Positions 31,946-43,051 are shown, counted from the stretch's first letter. The stretch is DNA of 64,000 nucleotides from Candidatus Gottesmanbacteria bacterium (GCA_016186795.1 JACPKY010000002.1:90593-154592), one strand, 5' to 3'. The notes: generated by a model not told the origin, from the sequence alone. Program-made: numbers and translations.

Positions 31946-33178
31946 ATGAGAGTACTACAAGTCAATAAATTTTATCATATTGTAGGAGGAACTGATCGGA
32001 ATTTTTTAGAATTAAGCAGTCTCCTTACCAAAAAGAAAAATAGAGTTGCATTATTTTCTATGAAAGATAACAGGAATTATTCTTCCCCGTGGGAAAAATA
32101 TTTTGTAAGCAATGTTGACCTGAGTAAAAAAGATTTTTTGAATAGTCTAAAAGTAATTTCTCGAATATTTTACTCATTAGAAGCAAAGAAGAAAATAAAT
32201 TTACTTTTGGATGATTTCAAGCCTGATATCGCTCATGTACACCAGATTTATCACCATATATCCCCTTCAATTCTCCTTGAGCTTAAAAAGCGGAACATTC
32301 CTATTGTTCATACTGTGAGTGATTATCATCTGATTTCTCCTCATCATAATAACCTTTTTCACAATGGGAAAATTTGTGAGGTATCAAAAGTCCGTCGGTT
32401 TTACAACACTGTACTTCATAAATGTGTGAAAGATTCATATCTTGCCAGTTTTGTAGAAGCTGTTGAACAATACTTCCATCGTCTATTTGGATTCTATTCA
32501 AATACAATAGATTACTATATTGCTCCTAGTAGATTTCTAGAGAAAAAACTCATTGAATATAATATCCCTGAAAGAAAGATATGTCATATCCCCTATTTTA
32601 TTCATGCTGATAAATATGAACCGGATTTTACTCCGGGGCGTTATGTCCTTTATTTTGGTAGACTATCATCTGAAAAAGGGTTATTATTTCTGACCCATGT
32701 TATAGAGAAATTGCCCAAAATAAAATTTAAGATAATAGGAGATGGAATAGAAAAGGACAATTTAGTAAAGATCAAAAACCAGAAACAACTCAATAATTTA
32801 GAGATTATTTCTCGGTTTATTCCAGAAAATGAACTTAAGGGATACATACGAAAGAGTCGATTTACAATATTACCTTCTGAGTCTTATGAAATATTTGGCA
32901 TATCACCTCTTGAGGCATTTGCACTGGGGAAATTAGTGGTCACAAGTGATATGGGAGCTTTACCGGAGGTAAATCGTGATGGAGAAACCGGGTTTGTTTT
33001 TCAATCGGGAAAAGTGAACAATTGTATTGAGAAAATTTCTAAACTTTGGTATGACAAACAATTATGCAAGAGGCTTGGGAAGAATGCACGAAATTATGTC
33101 GAAAAATATTTCGGACCAGAGGAACATTACGAAAAACTGATGGCGATTTATAAAGAAGCAATTGCTAAACATAAATAA
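31946..33178 (+). CDS. glycosyltransferase family 1 (GT4)
   Basis: SESYEIFGISPLEAFALGKLVVTSDMGALPEVNRDGETGFVF matches the E-x7-E GT4 motif. Confidence 0.8.
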   Translation: MRVLQVNKFYHIVGGTDRNFLELSSLLTKKKNRVALFSMKDNRNYSSPWEKYFVSNVDLSKKDFLNSLKVISRIFYSLEAKKKINLLLDDFKPDIAHVHQIYHHISPSILLELKKRNIPIVHTVSDYHLISPHHNNLFHNGKICEVSKVRRFYNTVLHKCVKDSYLASFVEAVEQYFHRLFGFYSNTIDYYIAPSRFLEKKLIEYNIPERKICHIPYFIHADKYEPDFTPGRYVLYFGRLSSEKGLLFLTHVIEKLPKIKFKIIGDGIEKDNLVKIKNQKQLNNLEIISRFIPENELKGYIRKSRFTILPSESYEIFGISPLEAFALGKLVVTSDMGALPEVNRDGETGFVFQSGKVNNCIEKISKLWYDKQLCKRLGKNARNYVEKYFGPEEHYEKLMAIYKEAIAKHK

Positions 33179-33191
33179 AATATAATGAGAA

Positions 33192-34193
33192 CTAGTTTCT
33201 CATCGAGCAATAAGAAAAATAGTTGTTTTTTAGATAAGTAAATAAATCTTCTGCAATTTTTTTGTGCCCTTCTCTATTTGGATGTTCATCTAAAAAATGA
33301 TAATTTTCATTTTGCCAGATATTAAAAGCATTCTTGAAAGAAAATTTATCTTTATTAGAATGTACATAAACATCTAACAAGTCTTGATATTTTTTATCTA
33401 AGTTTATTGCGACAAAGATTATTCTTCCATCAAAGTTGTTTTGCATATGTTCCAACATTTTTTTGTCGAGGTCCAATATTTTTTGTTCACCATATAGTGA
33501 TTTAAATTCTTTAGTAATTTTTTCAACGATTGTATATTCCTTTGCCTTGGTATTGTAAATGTCAGCCTGGTTTCCATACTGTTCCATTTGCGGAATCATA
33601 TATTCTTTCAGTTGATAAAAATTCCATGAATTTAACAACCAGATAACTAAATCTGGATTATATTTTTTTCCTCTTCTAATAAATCTTTCGACAGTGTAAT
33701 TTATATCATATCCCGGTACACCTAAATTTATAACTTCGAATTTCTTATTCGGTTTACAAACAAGAGAGACACTAAGAAGGTTTTCAAGTACTTTTGAATA
33801 ATTTTCTTCAGTTTTGACAAACTGTCCATATGTGAACGAATCACCTAAAGTAATTATGCGGAAAGTATTTTGAGGTTTATCAATAGAATACTCTTTTAAC
33901 TCATTGAGTGAATCACTATTAATTTGATTTTGCACCTCATACCCCAACCAATCTGGATTCCATGTTTGTATACTATTTGGCTTCGGCTCATAAAAATATT
34001 TTAAATCTCCTGAAGAATCAAAAAGGAGATTATTTTTATCTATTTTCGTTTCATACTGGACACCTTTTACCCTTCCTTTTATGAGATGAAAGAGCTTGAA
34101 TCCCAGCAAAAAAATTATTCCAATGAGCGTAACTTCCCAAAAAAGAAAAACAATGAATTTCCAACTGATTTTTTGAGTTAAATATATAAACAT
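33192..34193 (-). CDS. membrane-anchored SGNH/GDSL-family hydrolase-like protein
   Basis: An N-terminal TM is present. RIITLGDSFTYGQF matches the GDS(L) block I of SGNH hydrolases. Confidence 0.5.
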   Translation of the reverse strand: MFIYLTQKISWKFIVFLFWEVTLIGIIFLLGFKLFHLIKGRVKGVQYETKIDKNNLLFDSSGDLKYFYEPKPNSIQTWNPDWLGYEVQNQINSDSLNELKEYSIDKPQNTFRIITLGDSFTYGQFVKTEENYSKVLENLLSVSLVCKPNKKFEVINLGVPGYDINYTVERFIRRGKKYNPDLVIWLLNSWNFYQLKEYMIPQMEQYGNQADIYNTKAKEYTIVEKITKEFKSLYGEQKILDLDKKMLEHMQNNFDGRIIFVAINLDKKYQDLLDVYVHSNKDKFSFKNAFNIWQNENYHFLDEHPNREGHKKIAEDLFTYLKNNYFSYCSMRN

Positions 34194-34278
34194 GGTAATT
34201 TAATGTATATTCATTGAATCATCCGAGTCAATATTTGTAAAGAATTACAGTAGTTTCTTACTGTGGTAGGATACGTGT

Positions 34279-36090
34279 ATGTGCGGAATAGCTGGAAAAC
34301 TTTATTTTCATTCCAACACAATACAGAGATCTACAGAACTTCCTCTTATTAACAAAACCTTAGAGAAACTTCATCACCGCGGACCAGATGATCTAGGTTA
34401 TATTTTTGATAGAAACGTTTGGTTAGGAGCAACGAGGCTTAAAATTATCGATCTCTCAGCGGCTGGACACCAGCCGATGCAAAATGAGGATAAACACTTG
34501 ACGTTGGTTTTTAATGGCGAAATTTACAACTATATTGAATTAAAAAAAAGATTACGCAAGAGACATAAATTTATTTCTCACACTGACTCAGAAGTACTTC
34601 TCCACTTGTATGAAGAATATGGAGTGGATTGTCTGCAATTTCTACGTGGAATGTTTGCTTTTGCAATATGGGATAGTCGAAAGAATGAGTTATTTCTTGC
34701 TCGGGATAGGTTAGGAAAAAAACCACTGAAGTATTTTTACAATAACAGGTTCTTTGTTTTTGCTTCAGAGCTGAAAGCATTCGTTGATCATCCAGCAGTA
34801 CCTAAAAAAATAGATGAGGCTGCAATTGACGAATTTCTTACGTTCGGATATATAACATCCCCCAGAACTGGATTTAAAAACATTTGGAAATTACCCTCTG
34901 CCCACTACATGATCATACAATCGACTGGGACAGTGCAGATACAGCGTTATTGGCAGCTCGATTTTACAAAGAAACTCAGTTTACGAGAAGAAGAATGGGA
35001 AGAAAGAATTCTCCAAAAACTGAGTGAGTCTGTTACGCTTCGACTTCGGAGCGACGTTTCTCTCGGATTTCATCTTTCAGGTGGAGTAGATTCTGGAATT
35101 GTAACCGCTCTTGGAGCAATAGCATCGATGAAACCTATTCATACAATTTCTATTGGGTTTCCCGATAATAACTATAATGAATTGCCTTACTCTCGAGAAG
35201 TAGCGCAGAAATACAATACTCTGCACCATGAGATATATGTAAAGTCAGATTTCAAGGTATTTCTTCCTAAATTAACATATCAGTATGAGGAACCATATGC
35301 AGATCCATCAATCATTCCAACATGGTTTCTCATGGAAAAATCAAAAGAGTACTGTACAGTGGTTCTAAATGGTGATGGAGGTGATGAGAATTTTGCTGGA
35401 TACAGACGGTATAAGGTTTTAAAATATTTTACTCTTCTGCAGAAAATCTATTGCAAAAAGCCAATTGCGTATATATTTAAATTTCTCTATCGAACATTCA
35501 AGAGAGAGGATTTTTATCAAATAGGAAGAATTCTCTCTCTCCCCTACTCTGACTTATCACAGTTTTTCTTCGCCGAAAGAACATATGGAAACTTGGGACG
35601 ATATCGTTACCCTTTTAATGTTTCTTCGCTTGAAGATATAATGAGGTTTGATTTTGAGCACTATTTACCGGATGATTTACTTACCAAAGTCGATATCTCC
35701 TCAATGGTTCACTCACTTGAAGTACGGTCGCCTTTTCTCGATCATGAGTTTGTGGAACTTATTGCCAAAATGCCTATCGAGTTGAAACTGAAAGGGATTA
35801 CCACAAAGTATATTTTGAAAAAAATTGCCAATAAATACCTGCCTCCAAAGATTATTGAGAAAAAAAAACAAGGGTTTTTACCACCAATGGCACGATGGAT
35901 ACGGGGAGAACTGCATACGTATTTTAAGAAAGAACTTCTAGAAAAGTCGTTCTTATCCTATGGTTTGGTTCAGAAAGACGATATAATAAAACTTCTACAG
36001 GCGCATGATGAATTCAAAGCAAATCATGCATACGCTCTTTGGACGCTTTTATGTTTCAAGAACTGGCTCAAAATCTGGTATCCTCTTTGA
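34279..36090 (+). CDS. asnB: asparagine synthase (glutamine-hydrolysing), AsnB family
   Basis: MCGIAG has the catalytic Cys2 of class II amidotransferases. The PP-loop motif SGGVDSG lies in the synthetase domain. The protein is 603 aa. Confidence 0.85.
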   Translation: MCGIAGKLYFHSNTIQRSTELPLINKTLEKLHHRGPDDLGYIFDRNVWLGATRLKIIDLSAAGHQPMQNEDKHLTLVFNGEIYNYIELKKRLRKRHKFISHTDSEVLLHLYEEYGVDCLQFLRGMFAFAIWDSRKNELFLARDRLGKKPLKYFYNNRFFVFASELKAFVDHPAVPKKIDEAAIDEFLTFGYITSPRTGFKNIWKLPSAHYMIIQSTGTVQIQRYWQLDFTKKLSLREEEWEERILQKLSESVTLRLRSDVSLGFHLSGGVDSGIVTALGAIASMKPIHTISIGFPDNNYNELPYSREVAQKYNTLHHEIYVKSDFKVFLPKLTYQYEEPYADPSIIPTWFLMEKSKEYCTVVLNGDGGDENFAGYRRYKVLKYFTLLQKIYCKKPIAYIFKFLYRTFKREDFYQIGRILSLPYSDLSQFFFAERTYGNLGRYRYPFNVSSLEDIMRFDFEHYLPDDLLTKVDISSMVHSLEVRSPFLDHEFVELIAKMPIELKLKGITTKYILKKIANKYLPPKIIEKKKQGFLPPMARWIRGELHTYFKKELLEKSFLSYGLVQKDDIIKLLQAHDEFKANHAYALWTLLCFKNWLKIWYPL

Positions 36091-37454
36091 GAAATATTAG
36101 AGGAAAATATATTCTCCTTGGACTAATCTTTTTCTACCTTGTTCAGCTGTTTGCTCCAAACAAACCTGTTTATTTTTTCTCTTATTTTCTTGCAACAGGG
36201 TTTTTCTTTCTAGATAATCGAGATATTCGGAAAAGTCTTTTTTATAGTTTTATTTTGTCACTTTTTTCTGAAGTTGGACTTGCAGGAAGTTTATTTTTAA
36301 TGGAACCAAGTAAATTGCTTTTGGGATCTGGATGGTGGATATCTCCGATGACGCTCTACATTTTCCTTTTCTTTCTTTTTTCATTTGGCAAGCGAATTCA
36401 AAAAATTATCCTTACTGACTACCTAATTTTCCTATTCTTCCTTTGGAATGTTGTTGTATTTCTTGTTCTCCCCGATCGAAATTCTTTCTTTGGATTTATT
36501 TCCTTGATGGAACAAACTATTGCATATTATCTTTTGCGAGTGAATCTTTCCCGGGATACTCTTCCCGTTATCATTACAGTGGTAGTTTCAGTCCTCATTT
36601 TCCAGACTTTGTTATCTTCTGTCCAAGTACTTTTGCGAAGTCCCGTTGGTCTTCGATCAGAGGCTATACTTGTTGAAAATCCATATGGTCTTACTACAGT
36701 TGAGGAAGAAAATCTTTTTCGCGTCTCCGGTACATATGGACATCCAAATCTTTTTGCTACATTCCTTCTTGCAACAATTCCATTTCTTCTTTTTTCGGCA
36801 AAGTTTTCCTGGTGGAAGATAGTTGCAAGCATATTTACATTCTTAGCTCTTTTTTTTACTTACAGTCGCGGAGCATGGTTTTTTTCTATTCCTCTTATGG
36901 TTACATTTGGTGTCATTCTCTTGAGACAATTTGGTCATGCAATCCGATTACGAATACGGTTTCTCCTCCTGTTTCCGGTATTTGTGATCATATGTGTATT
37001 TCTTGTGTTTCCGGCTTTTATTCTTCGTTTTCGGACAATATCTGACGCATTCGTTGAAGGTGGTTCATTTCAGGTTCGAGAATTGTTGATTCAAGAGGCA
37101 ATCCGGATAATAGGTGCTTATCCACTTACTGGTGTGGGATTGAATCGTTCACTCCAATGGTATGCTAATGATCCTGTGACTGATTTATTTACGATCGTTC
37201 CGATATCTGGATTTTATCGGATTCATAATACACCATTGGAAATTGCGACCGAAACAGGTATTGTCGGATTTATTCTTTTTCTTTTTATTCTTGCCGCTAC
37301 AACGTTTAATTTCTTTTCTTTGAAGCAAGATATTGTGAAGATAGCTGCATTTCTAGGACTTTTCGGTTTCTTAGGGATATCTTTTCTTAACCCATTTTTC
37401 CATGCATCTGTTTTCCGTATATTTTTTTTGCTCATTGCAATTCTTGCATTATAA
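36039..37454 (+). CDS. O-antigen ligase-like (Wzy_C) polytopic membrane protein
   Basis: YSRGAWFFSIPL...RIHNTPLEIATETGIVGFILFLFIL matches the Wzy_C H-N-x2-L-E-x3-E-x-G-x2-G motif. There are about 12 TM helices. Confidence 0.6.
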   Translation: MDAFMFQELAQNLVSSLRNIRGKYILLGLIFFYLVQLFAPNKPVYFFSYFLATGFFFLDNRDIRKSLFYSFILSLFSEVGLAGSLFLMEPSKLLLGSGWWISPMTLYIFLFFLFSFGKRIQKIILTDYLIFLFFLWNVVVFLVLPDRNSFFGFISLMEQTIAYYLLRVNLSRDTLPVIITVVVSVLIFQTLLSSVQVLLRSPVGLRSEAILVENPYGLTTVEEENLFRVSGTYGHPNLFATFLLATIPFLLFSAKFSWWKIVASIFTFLALFFTYSRGAWFFSIPLMVTFGVILLRQFGHAIRLRIRFLLLFPVFVIICVFLVFPAFILRFRTISDAFVEGGSFQVRELLIQEAIRIIGAYPLTGVGLNRSLQWYANDPVTDLFTIVPISGFYRIHNTPLEIATETGIVGFILFLFILAATTFNFFSLKQDIVKIAAFLGLFGFLGISFLNPFFHASVFRIFFLLIAILAL

Positions 37455-37477
37455 GAGTGTTATAATAGCCTCGTTTT

Positions 37478-38674
37478 ATGAAAAAGTGTGTTGCATTAGT
37501 AGTCTATTCTCACTATTCTCGCGATGCTCGAGTTCGACGGTACGGGGAATCACTAGAAAGAAGTGGATATAGCGTTGATGTAATTTCATTAGCTGACTCA
37601 TATGAAGAGAAAAAACTTTCTATTTCCTTTATTCAGTTTCCTCTTCCTCGGATGCGTCTAGGAAAGCTTTGGTACATTGCCGAGTATTTTTTGTTTTTTC
37701 TTTTTACCACATGGAAACTGATGGTAGGACAGATTAAAAAGAACTATCAGTTCATTCATGTAAATAATATGCCAGATTTTCTTGTCTTTGCAGCTTTTGT
37801 TCCAAAACTGTTTGGAGCAAAAATTATCCTTGATATTCATGATCCGATGCCGGAATTGTATATGTCCAAGTATCATGTATCAAAAAATAACTTTGTTGTG
37901 AAGATCTTATGCTACTTGGAACGTATATCTATTCAGTTTTCCGATAGTATTCTTACTGCAAATCCAGTTTTTAAAGAAATTCTTCTCAAAAGAAATGCAG
38001 TGAATGAAAAAAAGATTACTGTGATTCTCAATTGTCCGGATACCAGAATTTTCAGTACAAACAATGCCAGAATAAAAAAACATTCTTCTAAATTTACTCT
38101 TCTTTATATGGGTACTGTGGATGAGCGTTTTGGTCTTGATATTGCCATCGAAGCAATACTTACAATCGTCAAAAGAATTCCAAAGGTGCAGTTTATCATT
38201 ATCCCAAAACTAGAAAGAGAAGGAATGTATTTTTCCGAGTTGAGAAATATGGTAATAGGTTATGGATTATCGAAACAAGTATTATTTTATAAACCACTTC
38301 CTCTTGATAAGATTGCAGAAGCATTGAAGAACGTAGATATTGGAGTGGTTCTTGCAAAAGACGGTATTTTCCCAAATATCATTTTTCCGGTTAAACTTCT
38401 TGAATTTATTCAAATGGGAGTTCCCGTTATTGCGACAAAAACGACAATTCTTTCCCGCTATTTTGATCAGACAATGATATTTTTCCTCAAAGAGAATACA
38501 CCAAAAGAGTTTTCTGATGCAGTATGGAGGTTATATTCAAATGAGAAACTCCGAAAATCACTTGTGAAGAATGCAAAGAAGTATTTTACAAAGCATAATT
38601 GGAATAAAGAAGAGAGTAAATATCACGCTGTTGTTACAAAGTTACTTCATCAAAAAAGCAACAAGGAAAAATAG
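37478..38674 (+). CDS. glycosyltransferase family 1 (GT4, WbuB-like)
   Basis: The N-terminus VALVVYSHYSRDARVRRYGESLERSGYSVDVISL is typical of GT4. A C-terminal GT-B domain is present. Confidence 0.65.
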   Translation: MKKCVALVVYSHYSRDARVRRYGESLERSGYSVDVISLADSYEEKKLSISFIQFPLPRMRLGKLWYIAEYFLFFLFTTWKLMVGQIKKNYQFIHVNNMPDFLVFAAFVPKLFGAKIILDIHDPMPELYMSKYHVSKNNFVVKILCYLERISIQFSDSILTANPVFKEILLKRNAVNEKKITVILNCPDTRIFSTNNARIKKHSSKFTLLYMGTVDERFGLDIAIEAILTIVKRIPKVQFIIIPKLEREGMYFSELRNMVIGYGLSKQVLFYKPLPLDKIAEALKNVDIGVVLAKDGIFPNIIFPVKLLEFIQMGVPVIATKTTILSRYFDQTMIFFLKENTPKEFSDAVWRLYSNEKLRKSLVKNAKKYFTKHNWNKEESKYHAVVTKLLHQKSNKEK

Positions 38675-39748
38675 TCGCTTCGGATGAAGGAAAAAAAGAG
38701 TCTTCCACCACAACGGCTTTTGGATTACTAAAGCAGAAAGAAGGAATGTACGGTAGTTACTTTCCCAGTGAGAATATGACTTTCTACCAGAATGAAGTGG
38801 GACATATCCTATAAATTTCAATGTAAAGAGATGATGCGCAATGTTTATTTCCCATGTTTGTTTGAATATCCTCTTAGGAATACTCATTTGTCCAAATACC
38901 TCTTGAAGTCGATCCGTAATAAGAAGAATGAGTTGGTCTATTTGATAGTCTGATAAGATCCTCAGTACCATTCTCCACTCTTTTTGATTTAATTCTTTTC
39001 CGATAATCCATAGCCGATACAGGTTGTTTAATCCGCGGAATCCATCTTCAAGAGCAAAGATGAGGCAATGGTAGAGATACAAGTACGAAAGTTGAAACCG
39101 GAATGTCCCATCTTTGTCTTTTTTGGCATGGCGCCAGAGTTCTTGTGAAATAATCGATATTTGCTGTTTAGAGAGAAGCGTAAGTTTCGATGGCGGAATG
39201 GTAATAGCAGATGTCCGTACTTCCACTTGAGGTGCACGTAGGTTTCTGAAGTGATTCCATTTTGTTTGTGTATAGTACTCTTGTGGTAAATTTGGCCATC
39301 CTGTAGGTTTTTTTTGGGGCACATATCCTATTTCCCGTAAGAGTGTAGACAGTTTCTTTTCATAATTCGTCTTTACGAGAATATCGATATCAAATTTCAT
39401 AAATTTATTTGCTTCAGAAAAATGTGTTTCATACTCGGAAAAATCTTTTAGGAAAACAATGGGAATACGGTTTTTCCGAACCAAATACTTTAGACGACGT
39501 ACCATTTTCTTATAATGAAAACTTCTGGTTTGCTCATACACGTATAAGGTACGCAGTTTCCCTATCATTTTTGACCGGGACATATCACAACGTGAACAGG
39601 TAAGGTAATGAAAAAGGGTATATGCCATTCTGTTTCTGAATGCTTGGTCGATGAGGGTATCCCAATCATTTTTTTTTTGAGGGAGATATTGACGAAGACT
39701 ACAAGGATGTGTAGATTGGAGGAGTTTAATGAGAAGTTTGTCGTACAT
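38642..39748 (-). CDS. uncharacterised nucleotidyltransferase (NTP_transf_5-like)
   Basis: RIPIVFLKDFSEY...KFMKFDIDILV resembles the LKG...R..DIDLLV core of the PF14907-type uncharacterised nucleotidyltransferase. It is co-directional with DegT, with overlapping stop and start. Confidence 0.5.
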   Translation of the reverse strand: MYDKLLIKLLQSTHPCSLRQYLPQKKNDWDTLIDQAFRNRMAYTLFHYLTCSRCDMSRSKMIGKLRTLYVYEQTRSFHYKKMVRRLKYLVRKNRIPIVFLKDFSEYETHFSEANKFMKFDIDILVKTNYEKKLSTLLREIGYVPQKKPTGWPNLPQEYYTQTKWNHFRNLRAPQVEVRTSAITIPPSKLTLLSKQQISIISQELWRHAKKDKDGTFRFQLSYLYLYHCLIFALEDGFRGLNNLYRLWIIGKELNQKEWRMVLRILSDYQIDQLILLITDRLQEVFGQMSIPKRIFKQTWEINIAHHLFTLKFIGYVPLHSGRKSYSHWESNYRTFLLSALVIQKPLWWKTLFFLHPKRLFFLVAFLMK

Positions 39749-41001
39749 TACCGTCGTGAGATTTCAGATATGCAACGTTTGAGTATTTTTGCAACAAAAT
39801 GAACATCAGAACGTGTAATCTGTGAATACAAAGGAAGGCAGATTATTTTTTTACAGATCTGTTCTGTCACGGGTAGGTGATATTTTTTCTCAGAGAAGGT
39901 CGGTTGGAGATGGATTGGGATTGGATAGTGGATTTGATATTCAATATTTTTCTTTCGTAAAAGCCTTGTGATTTCCCCCCGTTCATTTACCTGAACAGTG
40001 TAGAGCTGGAAGATATGGCTACTATTATTTCTTATGAACGGAGGCACAATCGGAGTATTTTCAAGGAGTTTTGTATAGAGTGATGCGAGCTCTGCACGTT
40101 TTTCATTCCATGCGTCAAGATACTTCAACTTCACACGAAGGATTGCTGCCTGAATGGTATCAAGTTTTGAGTTGACTCCTCTTTCTTTATAGTGATAAGA
40201 ATCAGAGTCATAAAGTGTAGGCTCACCGAACTTTCGAAGCATATCGAATTTTCCCATTGCGTTGTGGGATTTCGACCTGACTTTCCGTGAAATTTTCTCT
40301 AAAGGATTTTCATTTTTATACACAAAGTGCCATGGATACGATAGTATGCGTTGGCCATACTGGCGAAGCGAAAGAATACGTTTTACCACGTCGAAATTAT
40401 TTGTAGTAACTGCTCCTCCGTCTCCGAATGCACCAATATTTTTCCTGGGGCTGAAACTAAAAGCAGCTCCATCACCGAGACTTCCTACCCGTTTTCCTTC
40501 GTACCAAGCTCCATGTGCTTGGCAAGCATCCTCAATGACATAAAGATTGTACTTTTTGGCAACTTGTATAATCGGATTCATATCTGCAGGTTGTCCATAC
40601 AGATGAACAGGGAGGATAGCTTTCGTTCGCTTCGTAATTCGCGACTGTATTTTTGTCGGATCCATGGTATATGTTTCTGGATCAATATCGACAAAAATTG
40701 GAGTAGCACCCGTAAGACTTATTGCATTTGCAGTTGCGATAAACGAGTGAGAAACGGTAATGACTTCGTCCCCTTTTCCAATGTTAAAAGCACGAAGGAG
40801 TAAATAGAGTGCATCGGTTCCAGAGCCGACTCCTACGCAATATTTGGCTTGACAGTAGGAAGCAAATTCCTCCTCAAACTGCGCAACCTCTTTCCCTAAA
40901 ATGAAATTGCACTTATGTACGACGGAAAGGATTGCTCTCTCAATCTCTTTTTGGAATTGTCTGTTTTCTTTTTGCAGATCAACAAATTTCACAGCTCTCA
41001 T
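39748..41001 (-). CDS. DegT/DnrJ/EryC1/StrS-family PLP-dependent sugar aminotransferase
   Basis: [13 protein letters not shown], then [11 protein letters not shown] and [21 protein letters not shown] (a Lys-containing PLP motif), match DegT-family aminotransferases. A roughly 60-aa insertion is present. Confidence 0.8.
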   Translation of the reverse strand: MRAVKFVDLQKENRQFQKEIERAILSVVHKCNFILGKEVAQFEEEFASYCQAKYCVGVGSGTDALYLLLRAFNIGKGDEVITVSHSFIATANAISLTGATPIFVDIDPETYTMDPTKIQSRITKRTKAILPVHLYGQPADMNPIIQVAKKYNLYVIEDACQAHGAWYEGKRVGSLGDGAAFSFSPRKNIGAFGDGGAVTTNNFDVVKRILSLRQYGQRILSYPWHFVYKNENPLEKISRKVRSKSHNAMGKFDMLRKFGEPTLYDSDSYHYKERGVNSKLDTIQAAILRVKLKYLDAWNEKRAELASLYTKLLENTPIVPPFIRNNSSHIFQLYTVQVNERGEITRLLRKKNIEYQIHYPIPIHLQPTFSEKKYHLPVTEQICKKIICLPLYSQITRSDVHFVAKILKRCISEISRR

Positions 41002-41088
41002 GACATTTTACGCACCCGCAGTGTAATGGAAATTGCTATCCTTGTAAAGTCTTTCACCCCATTGATATAATGACTCAAAGAAGATTTC

Positions 41089-42075
41089 ATGTTTGCCCCG
41101 AATATTCTCATAACGAACTTTTGTAATCAGAATTGTAGCTTCTGTTTTGCTAGAGCCGAAATGAACGATTCCATTATCGATCGCGAAATGGAATTGTCGA
41201 ATTTCAAGAGAATTCTTACTGAGATGAAGATGAAACACCATGACATTGATACGGTCAAACTTCTTGGTGGTGAACCATCGCTTCATTCTCGATTTCGCGA
41301 TATCATTGAGCTTTCACTTGCAGCCTTTCCATATGTTCAAATTTTTACTAATGGGATTTTTTCACCAGAGATGATCTTCTTTCTCCAAACGAAGGTTCCG
41401 CGAGTAAAGTTTACTTTCAATGTCATGACTCCGGGATTTCAGTTGAACCAGAAAGTCCATAAAAAGGTTACAGAGGCAATACAAATATTTGCGCCTCTCA
41501 CAGAAGTGACACTTTCTTTGACCTTTGATATGCATACCGATATCAGCCGTGCGTTGAATACAGTTGGTGATGAGACGCTTCGAATCGTAAAGAGTTTCCG
41601 ATTAGGTTTTTCCAATCCAATTGCAGGTGAGAGAAATTATTATCAATTTGAGGATTTTCCCAAAGTTGGTGAGCAACTGTACCGTATTATGAAAAAGATA
41701 CGTGGACTTGGGTCAACTGCCACATGCTCTCTCAATTGCGGGTTTACAAGGTGCATGTTTACTGATTCACAGTATGAATTCTTGAAAAAAAGTGGAGTTG
41801 AAATTATGGGATTTGGCTGTTTTGGCAAAGCAAGTAGTGTTGATATAGGGACTGACATGCGTGCGTTCCATTGTTTCCCTTTATCAACAAAAGACAAAAA
41901 GTCCATCAACAATACAGACATCTCAAATGTAGATCAGGATTTTTTGAAAAAGCGCTACGAATACTGGTCGAAAATACGGCTCTCAGTGTGCGTGAAGTGT
42001 CCGTTCTACGGGCATACTCCAGATAAATGTCCTGGTCCATGCATTGCATTTCGTATGAATAGTCCACATGGCTAA
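41089..42075 (+). CDS. radical SAM enzyme with C-terminal SPASM/twitch-like Cys cluster (paralog 1)
   Basis: The N-terminal CNQNCSFC (CxxxCxxC) and the LLGGEPSL SAM motif are present. The C-terminal cysteines are CSLNC...C...C...CVKCPFYG...CPGPC. Confidence 0.8.
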   Translation: MFAPNILITNFCNQNCSFCFARAEMNDSIIDREMELSNFKRILTEMKMKHHDIDTVKLLGGEPSLHSRFRDIIELSLAAFPYVQIFTNGIFSPEMIFFLQTKVPRVKFTFNVMTPGFQLNQKVHKKVTEAIQIFAPLTEVTLSLTFDMHTDISRALNTVGDETLRIVKSFRLGFSNPIAGERNYYQFEDFPKVGEQLYRIMKKIRGLGSTATCSLNCGFTRCMFTDSQYEFLKKSGVEIMGFGCFGKASSVDIGTDMRAFHCFPLSTKDKKSINNTDISNVDQDFLKKRYEYWSKIRLSVCVKCPFYGHTPDKCPGPCIAFRMNSPHG

Positions 42076-43051
42076 GAAAGCACCGTTTGCATTTCCATCA
42101 CTTGCCTACCTGAAAAAGGTTTTTCCTACTTTTCCACTTCTTCGCGGAGATCCGAGCCTGAAGGTTTTACACAAAAAAAACTTTGAGGATAATTTTACAT
42201 TGAAAAAGTTTTCCGATATATTTACAAGATATCGGCAAACACCTTTTACGATGCCTTCCCCAAACAAGGCCGTCATTCTTCTCTGTTCAGGTGGAATCGA
42301 TTCAGTTGTTCTTTGGGAAATTCTTCTAAGAAAGTATAAACTAAAAGTATTTCCGCTGCGCCATACCACACCCAAAAAGCAGGAAGAAAAGGCTTTTCAA
42401 TTTTTCCTTGAGTATTTTCGCAAGAAATATCCCAAACAGTGTCAAGACGTCTTCACCTTTGGCCATGAATTTCTCTTTTCGTTCCAGAAAGAGACATACC
42501 ATCTTTTTGAAAAAGACCAGAAGATGCGGATTCCTAATCTGAGTATCCATGATGGTAAACAGACAGTGGCATTTACTATTCCAATTACACGGCTTGGAGT
42601 ATATGCGTTGAAAGCCTATGAATACGCGCTATATTTGAGGTCGTATGCCAATGTGGATGTTCAAACCGCATTTGTCGCCATCACTCCTGAAGATTCTGCC
42701 TACTATCGGGAGGCAACCCTCACGGTTTTACGGTCGTTCAATCTATCTATTTGTACACTTTTAGGAGATTACCGCTTTCAGTTTACCTCGCCCTACCTGG
42801 AAAAGAGTTTTCCGTTCAAGACGAAACTGGATATTATTTCCTTTGCGAAAAAAACCGGACTTCCACTCGAGATGACGTGGAGTTGTACAGATGATCTACC
42901 ATCTCAATGTGGAGAGTGTTTTTCCTGTTTACTTCGGAAGCGGATTTTTGACATTAGTGGCATTAAAGATAAAACAACGTATGGAAGGAAAGGATTCTGG
43001 ATTTCTCAGGCGGGGAAGAAATTTATCGGAAGGATTCAATCTTCAAAGTGA
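42068..43051 (+). CDS. QueC-like PP-loop ATP pyrophosphatase
   Basis: CSGGIDSVVLWEIL is an SGGxDS PP-loop. The C-terminal C...CGECFSCLLR is a Zn motif like that of QueC (7-cyano-7-deazaguanine synthase). It has about 60 aa of extra N-terminus relative to QueC. Confidence 0.6.
   Translation: MAKKAPFAFPSLAYLKKVFPTFPLLRGDPSLKVLHKKNFEDNFTLKKFSDIFTRYRQTPFTMPSPNKAVILLCSGGIDSVVLWEILLRKYKLKVFPLRHTTPKKQEEKAFQFFLEYFRKKYPKQCQDVFTFGHEFLFSFQKETYHLFEKDQKMRIPNLSIHDGKQTVAFTIPITRLGVYALKAYEYALYLRSYANVDVQTAFVAITPEDSAYYREATLTVLRSFNLSICTLLGDYRFQFTSPYLEKSFPFKTKLDIISFAKKTGLPLEMTWSCTDDLPSQCGECFSCLLRKRIFDISGIKDKTTYGRKGFWISQAGKKFIGRIQSSK

Noticed and set aside
34279-36090. AsnB as a lasso-peptide cyclase (C protein) pairing with the PqqD-like and HprK-like genes
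   Set aside because: It has a canonical N-terminal Cys2 glutaminase domain. No B2 transglutaminase-like protease or obvious lasso precursor is present. It is more likely a glycan-locus amidotransferase.
41008-41286. A 92-aa minus-strand ORF overlapping the start of rSAM paralog 1
   Set aside because: It overlaps a motif-verified radical SAM gene start (CNQNCSFC) on the opposite strand, and its composition is not protein-like.
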